NCBI RefSeq assembly: GCF_001194135.2
Contig: NC_068985.1
Coordinates: 79,091,471 to 79,125,537 of the forward strand
Length of the DNA stretch: 34,067 nucleotides
Origin: Octopus bimaculoides
Lineage: Eukaryota
Direction of reading: 5' to 3'
Shown here: piece after piece, positions 34,018 through 34,067 of the stretch
Layout of the letters: the number at the start of each line of letters is the position of its first letter
Position numbering within the stretch: the first letter of the stretch is position 1
Notes under the pieces: model-generated
The model's database searches: none
Told to the model about the DNA's origin: nothing
Seen by the model: the letters and a program-made list of their open reading frames with translations, nothing else
Position numbers and translations under genes: made by a program

Positions 34018-34067
34018 ATATATATGCATATATATAGGTGTATATGTATCTATGTATATATATATAT

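Overview
AT-rich, microsatellite-dense eukaryotic DNA with four assembly gaps and no intact long gene. Most entries in the ORF track are microsatellite, gap or antisense-TE artefacts. The repeat content (three recurring tRNA-headed SINE families, Penelope-like elements, RLE-type LINEs, a CR1-like LINE) looks like an octopus/coleoid cephalopod genome; this is recognition from memory, not a database result. Decayed elements recognised by manual translation: Penelope RT/GIY-YIG remnants, a Gypsy integrase C-terminus with PPT and 3' LTR joined to an L1/Tx1-like fragment, three RLE-type LINE 3' fragments at (CATA)n/(TAA)n microsatellites, a Chapaev3-type DNA transposase interrupted by a 16-bp minisatellite, two TA-flanked MITEs and about 25 SINE copies. 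One plausible 105-bp host exon lies on the minus strand. Most interesting: probable (CATA)n-targeting retrotransposition, SINE insertion hotspots (a head-to-tail array and a triplicated 15-bp target site), and several hammerhead-ribozyme-like motifs, including a shared non-canonical architecture in two unrelated repeats. I see no firm evidence of a wholly new multi-gene system. TE boundaries are approximate (about 10-30 bp).
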